The notes under the pieces were generated by a model that saw only the letters and a list, made by a program, of their open reading frames with translations, was not told the origin of the DNA and made no database searches. A stretch of DNA of 64,000 nt from Candidatus Nomurabacteria bacterium (lineage in GTDB: Bacteria; Patescibacteriota; Patescibacteriia; HK-STAS-PATE-3): assembly GCA_023898465.1 (NCBI GenBank), contig CP060223.1, positions 416,001-480,000 of the forward strand. The letters run 5' to 3'. This document shows positions 30,544-40,978 of the stretch, piece by piece. Within the stretch, counting starts at the first letter, position 1, and the number at the start of each line of letters is the position of its first letter. A program made the position numbers and the translations under genes.

Positions 30544-30903
30544 ATGAATACCTACTTACGAGAAATTACCGTTCATGCACTCCTCATATTCATCGCCTCG
30601 TGTATAGTTGGACTCTTTTGGCTAAAAATTACAGAGTCAATCATATTCGGCCTAGGAATCACGGGGGTACTTTTTATTCCTGGTGCCATCTGGCTGGAAA
30701 TTATTACGCAGGGACAACTTCATTCTTTTGTCCGTCTTCTCCTTCGCGTACTACTTTCGGCTATTCTTGTGGGCGTTACCTTGCTAGCGCTGAACAGGTT
30801 GGGAATAGCATTCAGTCAAACAGTGGTCTTACTCAGTTTATCCATACTAAGTGGAATCGGAATACTTATCTTAGTATTACAGCACAGGAGTAAAAAAACG
30901 TGA
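30544..30903 (+). CDS. small membrane protein (4 TM), unknown
   Basis: 119 aa, hydrophobic throughout. Its stop overlaps the next gene start. Confidence 0.4.
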   Translation: MNTYLREITVHALLIFIASCIVGLFWLKITESIIFGLGITGVLFIPGAIWLEIITQGQLHSFVRLLLRVLLSAILVGVTLLALNRLGIAFSQTVVLLSLSILSGIGILILVLQHRSKKT

Positions 30904-31784
30904 CTTTGGGAATTATTCTCTCTTTTATTGCTGCGATTTTTTGGGCGAGCAGCAATATTATCGATAAAATAGTTATCACGCATCATATCGAACGCCCAGG
31001 ACAAATAATGATCATAATAAGCGGCCTCTATACTGTTATAGGTGGTGGAATATTATTTTTTATCCAAGAGCCTGTTCGGCTAACTCATATGCCTATACTT
31101 CTGGCCTGTGGAGCATTATGGACACTCATGGGATACACTTACTTCATTGCCATTTCCCGAGAAGAAATTTCTCGCGTAGTTCCTCTTTTTGCTTTTATAC
31201 CAGCTTTCACCGCGATGCTCGGTGCTATTTTTTTGCATGAAATTTTTGCCTTCACCACCTATCTTGGCATTGCCGGACTCATCTTCGGGACCTTTCTCAT
31301 ACTTTCCCGCGGCTCACTTGCTTCAGTGTTTAAAAACAAGTCGCTGAGCATAATGCTCCTTAGCTCGTCCTCCATTGCCGTGTACAACATCCTGAGTAAA
31401 TATGTTTTAGATTACTATTCATATTGGACAGTCTTTGCCTGGATAACGCTTTTTACCGCCTTGATTGGATGGATAATATTTTTTCCACATATTAAAGGTG
31501 TACGTGAAAATTTAAAAAAAGGCTGGGATGGCACACTTCTCTATGTTGGGTCAGAAATTATTGCGCACTTTGCAGCACTTATCTACACCGCTGCAATAGC
31601 TGTCTGGTACGTCACTTTAGCGAGTAGCATTATCACCGTACAATATCTCTTCCTTTTTCTTTTCACGATCCTTCTCGCAAAGTGGAAACCCAATTTAGTA
31701 CCTGAATTGCTCAATCGCAAAATAGCCGCGCAAAAAATAATTGCGATCCTTTTCATAATATTGGGCGTGGTGCTAATTAGTTAG
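30900..31784 (+). CDS. EamA/DMT-superfamily transporter (10 TM)
   Basis: 294 aa with two 5-TM EamA-like halves. GTG start. Confidence 0.6.
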   Translation: MTLGIILSFIAAIFWASSNIIDKIVITHHIERPGQIMIIISGLYTVIGGGILFFIQEPVRLTHMPILLACGALWTLMGYTYFIAISREEISRVVPLFAFIPAFTAMLGAIFLHEIFAFTTYLGIAGLIFGTFLILSRGSLASVFKNKSLSIMLLSSSSIAVYNILSKYVLDYYSYWTVFAWITLFTALIGWIIFFPHIKGVRENLKKGWDGTLLYVGSEIIAHFAALIYTAAIAVWYVTLASSIITVQYLFLFLFTILLAKWKPNLVPELLNRKIAAQKIIAILFIILGVVLIS

Positions 31785-32881
31785 CCTTTAACTACAGACC
31801 GCAATGCCTGAGCAAAGCCCTCAGCCATTCTTTCGTAGCTGAAGTTTACGATGCGCTCCTTTGACGCACGACCAAATTGCTCACGCAGACTTGATTGACT
31901 TGCTAAGGTATCAAGTGCGCGAGTAAGTGTGTTGGTATCCCCTGCTCTCACTATAAAGCCGTTCACATCGTCTTGCACAAGATCATTTGCTGATCCGACC
32001 GCATCAGTCACTACAACTGGTTTGGCAAACTCCATAACCTCATTTACAACCAAGCCCCAGGGCTCAGCAATTGGTTGTGCTGTTGAAGCAAGAATAAAAA
32101 TATCACAATTTGCATACGCTTGCACTTTTGCGCTGACATCCCCATCATCGCGAATAAAATGAACTCGACTGGCAATGTCTAATGCGTAACAAAGCTGCTC
32201 CAGCTTCTGTCGATATCCAGGCGCCTGACTATCATCTGCACCAAATAGAATCAACTCAGCTGGCACGTGCATACTAGCAAAGGATTTACAGAGAACATCT
32301 AGGCCCTTACGTGGCAAAAATCTTGCTACGCTGAGTATTTGAGGTAAGGTACTTTCCTTAAAGCTTGCCTCTCGTACCTCTACTCGGCTGGCATTTGGCG
32401 CCCAAAAAATCTTTTTTGCCCGTACACCCATTTGTAAAAAGTGCTGCTCACTCCTGACCCCAGGCACAATGACTGCCGAAGCATTTTGAACTAAGGTCGA
32501 AATAATTGGCTGCACAAGTTTGCGACGCCATGTCATTGGCCAGGCCCACTCTTCTGACCACACCAGGTAAGGGACGTTTTGTTTGCGGCAATACTTAGCC
32601 ACACTATAAAATCCCCATAACTGCTGAGGTGTGTCCCAATTTCCGGTAACCACAGCTGCATACTTCTTTTCTTTAAGCTGTTGTAAAGCACCTTTTCTCC
32701 CCTGCCCCGACAAAGGAGAAATCTGTACTCCTGGGACGCCTTTTAGACTCTCTGAGGCCGTCTCGCTGATGTAGAGGTCTATTTGAAACCAGGAACCAAG
32801 TAATGCAAAAAGCTCACGTCGATAACTTGGCAAGGTATTATGAATAATGAGGATAGATTGGGGCATTATTGTCTGAGGCAA
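31781..32881 (-). CDS. glycosyltransferase family 4 (GT-B, Glycos_transf_1)
   Basis: 366 aa. The C-terminal E-x7-E region (VVNEVMEFAKPVVVTDAVG) and overall GT4 pattern. Confidence 0.8.
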   Translation of the reverse strand: MPQTIMPQSILIIHNTLPSYRRELFALLGSWFQIDLYISETASESLKGVPGVQISPLSGQGRKGALQQLKEKKYAAVVTGNWDTPQQLWGFYSVAKYCRKQNVPYLVWSEEWAWPMTWRRKLVQPIISTLVQNASAVIVPGVRSEQHFLQMGVRAKKIFWAPNASRVEVREASFKESTLPQILSVARFLPRKGLDVLCKSFASMHVPAELILFGADDSQAPGYRQKLEQLCYALDIASRVHFIRDDGDVSAKVQAYANCDIFILASTAQPIAEPWGLVVNEVMEFAKPVVVTDAVGSANDLVQDDVNGFIVRAGDTNTLTRALDTLASQSSLREQFGRASKERIVNFSYERMAEGFAQALRSVVKG

Positions 32882-34458
32882 ATTCTCGTGCTAGCCTACA
32901 GCTTAGCATGAACAGCCCACTTCAGCACGAATCTTTATTGGAAAAAGTTGGCCTTATCGCCTTAGCGCTCTTTTTTAGCGCATGCACACTGCTTATCGTA
33001 CTCAGGGCTCCGTACCAGGCAGGTGGCGATCTTTTTTTTCATACTTGGTTTACGCAACAGATAATTGACTCAGGTCAGATTCCTCAAAGCGCGCCAACCT
33101 ACGCAGCGGCAACGCACTATAGCTTAGCACCACTTTTCCACTTTATTATCGCGAGTATTCAAAGTGTTGTTCATATTCCTCTCACGACACTTCTTCCACT
33201 CCTTAACATAGGGGCGGCGGCACTCTGGATAAGCTTACTTTTTCTCGTTATTAAGCAAAGCACTAGGAGAGTGGACGCAGCACTCTTTGGCGCGCTACTA
33301 AGCATCTTCTTCACCGAGGATAGCAGTTTTTTCTATCTACTCCCGCGCACGGTAAGTATGTGTGTAGTCCTTGCAGCAATGTATGTACTCAACAGCACGC
33401 TAACTCGATTCCCTCGCCTCATCATGCTTAGTTTATTTAGTTTAAGCATACTCCTCCTGCACCTCCCCTCAGCTCCTTTTTGGTTAAGTATTCTTGCAAC
33501 GTTATCTATAGTACGGGCTTGGCGTGATTACAGAAAAATCCTTCATGATATTTTTGCGTTCGGACTTGGCGCAGCGCTCTTCATCATTTTATTACTCCCT
33601 GAAATTTTGAAAAATGGGATACCAATAAATCCAAGTGACTCTAGCTTCCAGTCACAGAGCGACGCCCCCTTAGCCATTGCCCAATTGCTTCATGTAGTAC
33701 AAAATCCATTTGTTGCTATTTCGATCATACTAGGACTCGCCGGACTTCTCACTTACACGTATCGATCAAAAAATAAAACGTCACTTTGGATGTTATGGGC
33801 TTTTCTGATTGCGAGCACACTGGTTGCAATGCAAGAATTTGGTCAATATGCTTTCCTGCCCGAGAGAGCAATTAGTTATCTCTTCATACCTTTTTCACTA
33901 CTAGCGGGATATGCCTACTTGGCAATCAATAGCATAATCCCAAACTCCTATCGCGTCATTATTTTTACTCTATTGCTGCTAACCATCATTCCACTAGGCG
34001 CGTTACAATTACTTAATAGCAATGAAGCACCGCTCAAAGACGCAGTCAGCCATGATGAGTTACAAGGTCTCAATGATCTACGTGAAGCTCTGCCTGAAGG
34101 TGCTTTTGCTAGCGACCCACTAACCATGGTAAAAATTGCCAGTATTACAAATCTTCAACCGGCCATTTCATTTGAGGCAACTAATTTACGTGCCGCGAGC
34201 GTGAGAAATTGGCCTATTGTTATTGGACTATTTGGCCCAGAAGAAAACCTTATTCCCTACCTTACTCAAAATAACATCAAATATATTATTCTTTCCACTG
34301 ATACCTATCAAAGATTCCTTCATTTAGATGAGCGCTTTGCAAGTCAAGCAGTTTTTGAAAATATTTTTACCTCAAAACAAACAATAACTCTTGAGGGATT
34401 TAGCGATCCAATTCCCTATTACGCCGTGTATCGCTACCTAGGAGCCAACGAAGAATAA
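32869..34458 (+). CDS. polytopic membrane protein with C-terminal soluble domain, unknown (possibly glycan polymerase/GT-C-like)
   Basis: 529 aa with 10 or more TM helices. The start may be the internal Met at 32908. Confidence 0.45.
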   Translation: MSEANSRASLQLSMNSPLQHESLLEKVGLIALALFFSACTLLIVLRAPYQAGGDLFFHTWFTQQIIDSGQIPQSAPTYAAATHYSLAPLFHFIIASIQSVVHIPLTTLLPLLNIGAAALWISLLFLVIKQSTRRVDAALFGALLSIFFTEDSSFFYLLPRTVSMCVVLAAMYVLNSTLTRFPRLIMLSLFSLSILLLHLPSAPFWLSILATLSIVRAWRDYRKILHDIFAFGLGAALFIILLLPEILKNGIPINPSDSSFQSQSDAPLAIAQLLHVVQNPFVAISIILGLAGLLTYTYRSKNKTSLWMLWAFLIASTLVAMQEFGQYAFLPERAISYLFIPFSLLAGYAYLAINSIIPNSYRVIIFTLLLLTIIPLGALQLLNSNEAPLKDAVSHDELQGLNDLREALPEGAFASDPLTMVKIASITNLQPAISFEATNLRAASVRNWPIVIGLFGPEENLIPYLTQNNIKYIILSTDTYQRFLHLDERFASQAVFENIFTSKQTITLEGFSDPIPYYAVYRYLGANEE

Positions 34459-34590
34459 ACAGTAAGGCCACCGAAGTAATAATAATTCCAACGCTTAATC
34501 CTAATAAAGGCGCTTGGTTTTCGATACTGGCTGGCAAAAGCAAGCGAAATAGCCAAGTAAAAAAATGTGCTGGAGCATATACTATGTCAC

Positions 34591-35667
34591 TCATACACCA
34601 AGAGTAAAGTGGTAAATTTTTCTTCGTAGGTCTGCCCAGCTCGGCATAGTTTGCGCGTACTTACGAGCTGCATCACTCATACCCGAAACAACCTCGTCAT
34701 GGCGAAGCATTTGATACATTGCTTGCTCAAGCGCCTGTGCATCATTTGTTGGAATAAGTACGCCTCGCTCATTGTCTCCAATTAATTTCGGCACACTTCC
34801 CACCCGAGTGGCAATTACGGGCGTTCCCAGGGAAAACGCTTCAATAATAACACGTGGGACCGCTTCACTTAATGAGGGTAAAATAAGCGCCTGACTTCGT
34901 GCCATTTCACGCAGGACTTCATCATGAGACAGCTCTCCCAATATCTTAATGTGAGAAGCAAGCCATAAGTCTGTGCGAATCTCTTTTTGCAACCATTTGA
35001 GATCTTTTCCTGTTCCGATAATTTTTAGTTGGCAGGCTGTGTTTGTCTTACCAATTGCCCGCATAGCCTCAATTAATACATCTAAACCTTTTGCTTTTTT
35101 AAGTAAGCTGCCCACAAAGATAAATTGATTTGACTCTCGTCTTGGAAGATCCTTTGGTAAGGTGCTAGGAACGAGAGAAGAAATTTCTAAAATGCGTGCT
35201 TCGGCAATTCCCATATCACGGATTCTCTGCGTTACCGCCTCACCAACGGTCAGGTATTTTGGCTTACGTCCGAAACGCAGCAGCCAGAGTGGCGCTTGCA
35301 TATCTTGCACGTCGTAAACTATTGGTATTCCTAATGTTATACTCGCAAAAACTACCCCTAAGGTTATTGCCGTACTAGAATGCACTTGCACGACGTCAAT
35401 CTTTTTTCTAAGGCGAAAAAAAAGTATCCAAAAAAAAGTCCACAGTGGTAAAAGGAGTATGCGGATGAGAAAAAAAGAGCGCACCACACTCGGCAGAGCA
35501 GGGTGAAAATGTATGGATGATCCTGTGATTTCCTTTCCAGTCCAGGTAGTCAATAGATGCACCTCAAGATGCTCGGGGACTTCTGCCACGAGTTCTGCAT
35601 AATATTGGGCTGCCCCGCTTCCTTCGGGTGGAAAGGAAGGTGTGACAATAAGGAGTCGCTTACTCAT
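34591..35667 (-). CDS. glycosyltransferase family 4 with N-terminal TM segments
   Basis: GT4 C-terminal half (LILPSLSEAVPRVIIEAFSLGTPVIATRVGSV). The start is taken at the Met of MSKRLLIVTPSF, 8 nt overlapping the upstream gene. Confidence 0.7.
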   Translation of the reverse strand: MSKRLLIVTPSFPPEGSGAAQYYAELVAEVPEHLEVHLLTTWTGKEITGSSIHFHPALPSVVRSFFLIRILLLPLWTFFWILFFRLRKKIDVVQVHSSTAITLGVVFASITLGIPIVYDVQDMQAPLWLLRFGRKPKYLTVGEAVTQRIRDMGIAEARILEISSLVPSTLPKDLPRRESNQFIFVGSLLKKAKGLDVLIEAMRAIGKTNTACQLKIIGTGKDLKWLQKEIRTDLWLASHIKILGELSHDEVLREMARSQALILPSLSEAVPRVIIEAFSLGTPVIATRVGSVPKLIGDNERGVLIPTNDAQALEQAMYQMLRHDEVVSGMSDAARKYAQTMPSWADLRRKIYHFTLGV

Positions 35668-36688
35668 GTCGCTCTTCCTTGAGCCAACGTACGATCGCGT
35701 CAGCCATAGCATCAACATCCCCTGGAGGCACTAATTTTCCTTTACCACGAAAAACCTCTGCATGCGGTCCCACACTAAAAGCAATAACAGGCTTAGCAAA
35801 CTCTTGCGCCTCGGCAAAAGGCAGGTTAAAGCCCTCCCATTGTGTCGCAGTGACATAGAGATCGCAGGCTGCGTAAAACTTTGGCAAATCTTCGTCTGAC
35901 ACAAAACCGATAAAATGCGTATGTGGTCCAGCTGCCCGTTTCAGTTGCGCAAGATATTTCTCAAAAGTTGCTTTTCCTACAATTAACAAATGCGCATCCG
36001 GAATTTGCTCACGCACTTTACTAAATGCACTTAAGAGCATGTGAAAACCTTTATGCGGAGATAAGCGCCCAACAGTAAGTAGGACTGGCGCATCACCCAG
36101 CTCCAGATGCGCGCGAATTTCGTCACCCGAAACCGCTTCACGAAATCGCTCCTTATCAACCGTGTCATGTACGACACGCGAGACGCGACCTGTTTCTTCT
36201 TTACATACTTCTGCTAAAAAGCGACTAATAGAAATAATCTCATCCGGATCTCGTAAGGAGCGATTCGTTAGCCAGCGAAAAATCGTGATGTATATTTTTT
36301 CAGTCCAAGTAGAAAAAGTATTAGCTGGTGGAATGCCGTGATTGTAGTAGACATAGCGAGTTCCCCACTCTCGCTGCATTTCATGTGCTAAAGCGTTGAG
36401 AGGATACTGATGACTATACACCGTATCCTGCTTTCCTAAGCTTTTCATAGCTGAACGAATTTTTGCTCGATCTAGAGCAAAAAACCCTAAGCGATACACT
36501 CGCTGCCAAAAAAGCGACTTCGGCATACCCAACACAAATACCTTGTAATGCTCACTCTTCATGTCACCCTCTAGACACACGACCGTCACTGTATGACCCT
36601 CCGCACTGAGCGACTCAGCTTGTTGTGCCACAACTCGATCAATTCCAGAAAAGCGAGAAAATGTACCGGTAAGTAAGGCTATATTCAT
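35660..36688 (-). CDS. glycosyltransferase family 4
   Basis: 342 aa. The N-terminal MNIALLTGTFSRFSGIDRVV, and C-terminal EGFNLPFAEAQEFAKPVIAF. Confidence 0.8.
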   Translation of the reverse strand: MNIALLTGTFSRFSGIDRVVAQQAESLSAEGHTVTVVCLEGDMKSEHYKVFVLGMPKSLFWQRVYRLGFFALDRAKIRSAMKSLGKQDTVYSHQYPLNALAHEMQREWGTRYVYYNHGIPPANTFSTWTEKIYITIFRWLTNRSLRDPDEIISISRFLAEVCKEETGRVSRVVHDTVDKERFREAVSGDEIRAHLELGDAPVLLTVGRLSPHKGFHMLLSAFSKVREQIPDAHLLIVGKATFEKYLAQLKRAAGPHTHFIGFVSDEDLPKFYAACDLYVTATQWEGFNLPFAEAQEFAKPVIAFSVGPHAEVFRGKGKLVPPGDVDAMADAIVRWLKEERHE

Positions 36689-37819
36689 CCTAGTTGCGAA
36701 TAAACGCTACGAAGCTTCTGTCCGATTTCCTGCCAGTCATAGCGTTGACGGGCTAAGTTCTGACCAGCTTCACCTAGCTGACGCGCGTAATCATCATTGC
36801 TCAATATCGCTCGTATTGCGTCCTCAAGCGCGTGCGTATTTCCTGGAGGATATAAAATGCCACCTACCCCATTTTCAGTAACTTCGAGGGTGGGTGGCAA
36901 CTCGCTACTTACATAAGGCGTGCCAAGGGCCATTGCTTCAGCCAAGACAATCCCAAAGCCCTCAACTGAGGAAGGGAGACAGAGAATATGACTCTTTGCC
37001 ATTGTTTCTAAGACATCGACATGTTTTTCCACGAAGCCGGAAAAATGCACTCGATCCGAAACACCCAGCTGCTCAGTTAGGGCTTCTAACTTGGCTTGCT
37101 GTGGACCGCTACCGATAATTTTCACCTGCAGATTTGGCATATCATTCCGCAGCTCAGCTACTACTTCCAATAAATCAGGTATACGTTTGTAATTCACTAG
37201 GCGGCCAACAAAACAAATAGTTGGGTCATCATAGCGTTCAAGGTTTTTAGGCAGACGAGTGAAGTCAACTCCGTTTGGTATTACGGCAATACGCTTTGGA
37301 TCCATACCATGCCGCAATAGCTTCGCACGAGTAGCGGTACTCACTGCGATAACTTTATCCCAAAGGAATTTTAAAAAGCGGCGTTCTACAAATTCACCGA
37401 AGAGACTAGAAGAAAACCAAGGTTAGCCCGCCACTCACCTATCCACACATCATGATAGGTTGCTACCGCGCGAATTTTCTTTTTCTTGGCAATAGTGATA
37501 GCTGCTTGATAAAGCAGGAAATTTGTCCCCTCAACTACGTCAATATCTTTTTTAAGCGCAGTTGCAATCACATTACGCATAAATATGTAGCGCTTCAGTA
37601 AACCGCCTGATTGAGTGAAAGAACGCGAGGACCGCAACGAATAACCTCAATACCAGGTAGTGGTTCCTGAGTCAGGTGTCCTTCTTGTGCGGCAATGACA
37701 GTTACTTTATGCTCTTTTGCTAACTCTAGTGCCGAGTAATATGTGCGTGCTTCTACACCGCCCCGAAAATCAAGATCTGCTGTGTATGGGAAAAATTCTG
37801 CAAGAATGAGGATCTTCAT
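36685..37819 (-). pseudogene. GT4 glycosyltransferase disrupted by two or more frameshifts (three ORF fragments)
   Basis: The N-terminal fragment 37595-37819 (MKILILAEFFPYTADLDFRGGVEARTYY...), the middle 37386-37637 and the C-terminal 36685-37344 (...CLPSSVEGFGIVLAEAMALGTPYVSS) are consecutive GT4 segments in three different frames. The C-terminal frame continues upstream as ...GEFVERRFLKFLWDKVIAVSTATRAK without an ATG. Confidence 0.55.
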
Positions 37820-37820
37820 A

Positions 37821-38132
37821 TTATTCTTTTTTATCCGTTTCTTTACGTAGTGCTAACTCGCGGACAATCGTGGTTATCTCCTGTTCCAAATGTTCAATCT
37901 TCATCATCACTCGGAACAGCGCATACACTAAACCAATGACCGAGATGTAGAGAATAGCATCGACGCCTCGTCCAACGCCGAGGAATTTAGCAAGATACTC
38001 AGTTAATCGAGGTAAAAGGACTATAACACTGATGCCCAGCCAAATAAGAAGCCAAAAAAGAATTCTTTGGCAGTAATATCCTTTTTGCGTAACGATATGC
38101 AGTCCGTACAACCACGAAGAAGGCAAACACAA
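37821..38132 (-). CDS. small 3-TM membrane protein with C-terminal charged helix (DUF2304-like partner of polyprenyl-phosphate GT2 enzymes?)
   Basis: 103 aa. It lies immediately downstream of the GT2 (dolichol-P-sugar synthase-like) pseudogene. The family call is tentative. Confidence 0.35.
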   Translation of the reverse strand: MCLPSSWLYGLHIVTQKGYYCQRILFWLLIWLGISVIVLLPRLTEYLAKFLGVGRGVDAILYISVIGLVYALFRVMMKIEHLEQEITTIVRELALRKETDKKE

Positions 38133-38158
38133 TAACGAGAATCTGTATCAGCATAGTC

Positions 38159-38840
38159 TTATTTCAATAATCGAAGTAATAACAATCGAAAAAAAGTTCT
38201 TACACCCTCTCCAAAACTCTGTCCTTTTGACATTGAGTATTCAGTATAGATTGCAGCAATTGGCACTTCGCTTAGACGGAAAGCGTGCCGCTTCACCTCA
38301 TACATTATTTCCGTAGACACCTCCATGCGATTTGACTGCAGATGCAGGGTGCGAGCAGCCTGTCGAGTAAACTCCCGGAGGCCTGACTGACTATCACTCG
38401 TCTGTAATCCAAACATGAATAAGGTGATCCGATTTCCTATCGCGTTATACAGCCGACGACGCAAAGGCATCCTAGGCTGCGTCTTATCGCGGACAAGCAT
38501 ACGTGAGCCTACAACAACATCAGCTACACCTTTTTCAAGCGGCTCAATAATGCGTAGTATATCTTTTGCTTCATGCTGACCGTCAGCATCAAAGGTAACA
38601 ATGTATTCTGCGCCAGCTCGGATGGCAGCCTGAATGCCGGTAGCAAGCGCTCCACCAAGACCTCGATTAATGAGGTGGCGATACACCCGTGCACCTGCTG
38701 CTTGAGCTATCTGACCACTACCGTCACTAGAACCATCGTCAATAACAAAACATCCGGCGTGACTGCACGGACTGCGCGCACCACATCAGATATAGTCTTT
38801 GCTTCGTTAAATGCAGGAATAACAATTGCCACCTTCATGG
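38159..38840 (-). pseudogene. GT2 polyprenyl-phosphate sugar synthase (Dpm1/GtrB/ArnC-like), frameshifted near 38750
   Basis: A reverse-complement ATG at 38838-38840 gives MKVAIVIPAFNEAKTISDVVRAVRAV, then the frame breaks. A second frame continues AGCFVIDDGSSDGSGQIAQAAGARVYRHLINRGLGGALA..DADGQH into the 175-aa ORF 38159-38686. Confidence 0.55.
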
Positions 38841-38987
38841 CACAAATTACTCTACTAAAAAGCGGTCAAAAATGCAAGGGGTCACGCTATAAAAAATCCA
38901 AACTTAGCGTGCTGATTAATAAAAACAACGTGCCTTTGTGATCACGCCTATTGTGACTTGTCACTTTAGCCACTATGATGATACCGA

Positions 38988-40267
38988 ATGCCACTCCCAA
39001 ATCCGCAACTCCAAAACTTATATACTGACGCAAAAAAGGATTTTACCTTAGCCTTTCGCACTGGGATGCTGCACCTATTAAGCAGTTCCGGTATTGTCCA
39101 AATCTCTGGCTTTGTGGTTACACTTGTGCTTGTCCGCGTGCTCAGCACGGAATCGGTCGGGCATATTCGCCTCATTCATTCCGTACTGGACTTTCTCATC
39201 CTCTTAGGTGATTTTGGCTTAGCCATGGCGATGTTGAAATATATTGCCGAGCCAAATGACGAGGAGGAGAAAAAATCACTGCTTAGTCATGCCAGTTACG
39301 GAATTCTTTTCACTTCTTTGCTCACAGCCCTTCTGGCTTTTGGACTAAGCTTTATACCAAACTTAATTGGCGATGCGACAGCGCAAGCAGCGTTACGTTG
39401 GATGGTTTGGCTGATCCCCTTGCGACGCTTTTGGCATAGTTGTGCACTGGGAACATGGCCGAAAAAGAATCAAGCAAAAAGCATGGTATGAATTAGCCCA
39501 GCGGCTTGTACTTGTTGTCCTTACCTTAGGTGGACTTCTTTACGCTGGATATTCAGGATACCTCTACGGATTCGCTATTGGTATGGCACTTGTGACGCTT
39601 ATTTTACTGAGCCGACTACCCCAAGGCTGGTGGAGCCATCGTATGTAAAAGAAAAAATGCGCAAGCTTTTTGCTTTTGGCTGGTACGCCATGCTGGCCAA
39701 TCAATTCCAAGTTGTTGTAGTAACTGCTGATGTCGTCATGATTAGTTTACTCACTCGCGATGCGGTTGATGTGGGAATCTACAGTGTGATGGCGCTTTCA
39801 TCCGAGGACTTTGGATACTTCCAAATGCCATCATGCAAACTGCGCTTCCATATCTCTCGGAACAATCTGCTGATACGAATCAATTACAACAGAGCATCAA
39901 ACGGATCAGCACAAAATGGCCATGCTGATGCTGCCACTCTGCGCCTTACTTTTCTCCTGGCTCCCACGCTTATCCCTTACTCTTTGGAAGAGACTACGAG
40001 AGTGGAATAAAGGTCTTTCAGGTTCTGATCCTCTCACTCTTTTTCAGCTCATTGGCCATGGTCAACTATACCGCGCTTTTAAGTTTAGGTAAGGTAAAAT
40101 TTAACTTTTATACAGTACTTATTGAAGCCCTAGTCAACATTGTCTTGAATTACTGGCTGATTTCGCAACTTGGGATGATCGGTGCTGCCTGGGCAACAGT
40201 GGTCACCTTTGCACTACGGTATGGGATAAACTCATTTTTCCTCCGACGACAGCTTAAAACTGCTTGA
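38988..40267 (+). pseudogene. Wzx-like oligosaccharide flippase (MOP superfamily) broken into four ORF fragments
   Basis: The ORFs 38988-39491, 39442-39648, 39630-40010 and 40052-40267 are sequential segments of one polytopic MOP/Wzx-type protein in different frames. They need at least three frameshifts to join. Confidence 0.5.
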
Positions 40268-40366
40268 CAAAATAGAGGGATTTGCTAATTTCTGCGTGAC
40301 GGTGGCGACCTGACAAAGGGGCCGCTGTATTCATGTTGAGTAAAGTACTCACATGAGGCACGCACG

Positions 40367-40396
40367 TTGACAATCTAAACTAACGAAGCGTAAGTT
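40367..40396 (+). promoter_or_regulatory. sigma70-like promoter of island 2: -35 TTGACA (40367-40372), 18-nt spacer, -10 TAAGTT (40391-40396)
   Basis: It is followed by RBS GGGAGG (40405-40410) and ATG 40415. Confidence 0.4.
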
Positions 40397-40414
40397 GCGC
40401 GTTTGGGAGGATGC

Positions 40415-40960
40415 ATGAAAACGCTCAGTTTTTTGCTGATGTTGCTTAGCTTTGGCTTGGCAACACCGAGCTTGGCACAGCTCACGCTGCGCCATGGGAC
40501 ACTCATGCCAGGTAATGGTATGAGTGAATCAGCGCAATACCGTCTGGTGAGCGTCATCGGATGGGCTGACCTTAGCCAACATGCCGATACTACTTGGGTA
40601 CTGATCGAAGGGCCGTGGATTCCTCGGAACCATGACACCTCGGCAGTGGGAGGACCTGAAACTCAGGCACACCGCCTAAGCCTCTCGAACATTCAACCCA
40701 ATCCGATTGGTCAATCCGGTCTGATTCACTTCAATGTCCCTGGGATCAATGGAGAGAAATCGCCCCTTACCATGGCAATCTATGACGTCACCGGGCGTCG
40801 AGTACGCACACTGGTCTCAGGCGAGATGCAATCCGGTCCACAGGTTGCTATCTGGGATGGACGAGACGACAGTGGAAAGGCGCTGGCGAATGGCATCTAT
40901 TGGTGCCAAATTCAGTGCAAAAACAACAGGGCAACCAAAAAGCTGGCGGTTATCCGCTAA
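40415..40960 (+). CDS. secreted small protein consisting of signal peptide, short linker and a T9SS-type/FlgD-Ig-like C-terminal sorting domain (island 2)
   Basis: A signal peptide MKTLSFLLMLLSFGLATPSLA. The C-terminal about 90 aa (LSNIQPNPIGQSGLIHFNVPG...LTMAIYDVTGRRVRTLVSGEMQSGPQVAIWDGRDDSGKALANGIYWCQIQCKNNRATKKLAVIR) follows the por-secretion CTD / FlgD_ig pattern (NPF..T.I.F.L......V.L.IYD..GR.VRTL......G.H...WDG.D..G..V.SGVY.Y.L..G....TKKM.L.K). High G+C. Confidence 0.6.
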   Translation: MKTLSFLLMLLSFGLATPSLAQLTLRHGTLMPGNGMSESAQYRLVSVIGWADLSQHADTTWVLIEGPWIPRNHDTSAVGGPETQAHRLSLSNIQPNPIGQSGLIHFNVPGINGEKSPLTMAIYDVTGRRVRTLVSGEMQSGPQVAIWDGRDDSGKALANGIYWCQIQCKNNRATKKLAVIR

Positions 40961-40978
40961 GTAGAAGGAGATGAGATC

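Noticed and set aside
38573-38941. 122-aa plus-strand ORF
   Set aside because: It overlaps the GT2 pseudogene on the opposite strand. Ser/Thr/Asn-rich junk-like translation.
40264-40292. Second TTGACA at 40264-40269 overlapping the Wzx pseudogene stop
   Set aside because: The downstream -10 candidate (TAATTT) is poor and it is 120 nt from the first island gene. The TTGACA at 40367 with a GGGAGG RBS is the better promoter.
40375-40638. 87-aa minus-strand ORF overlapping the island-2 promoter and first gene
   Set aside because: It is antisense to the signal-peptide/CTD gene and spans the promoter. No start context.
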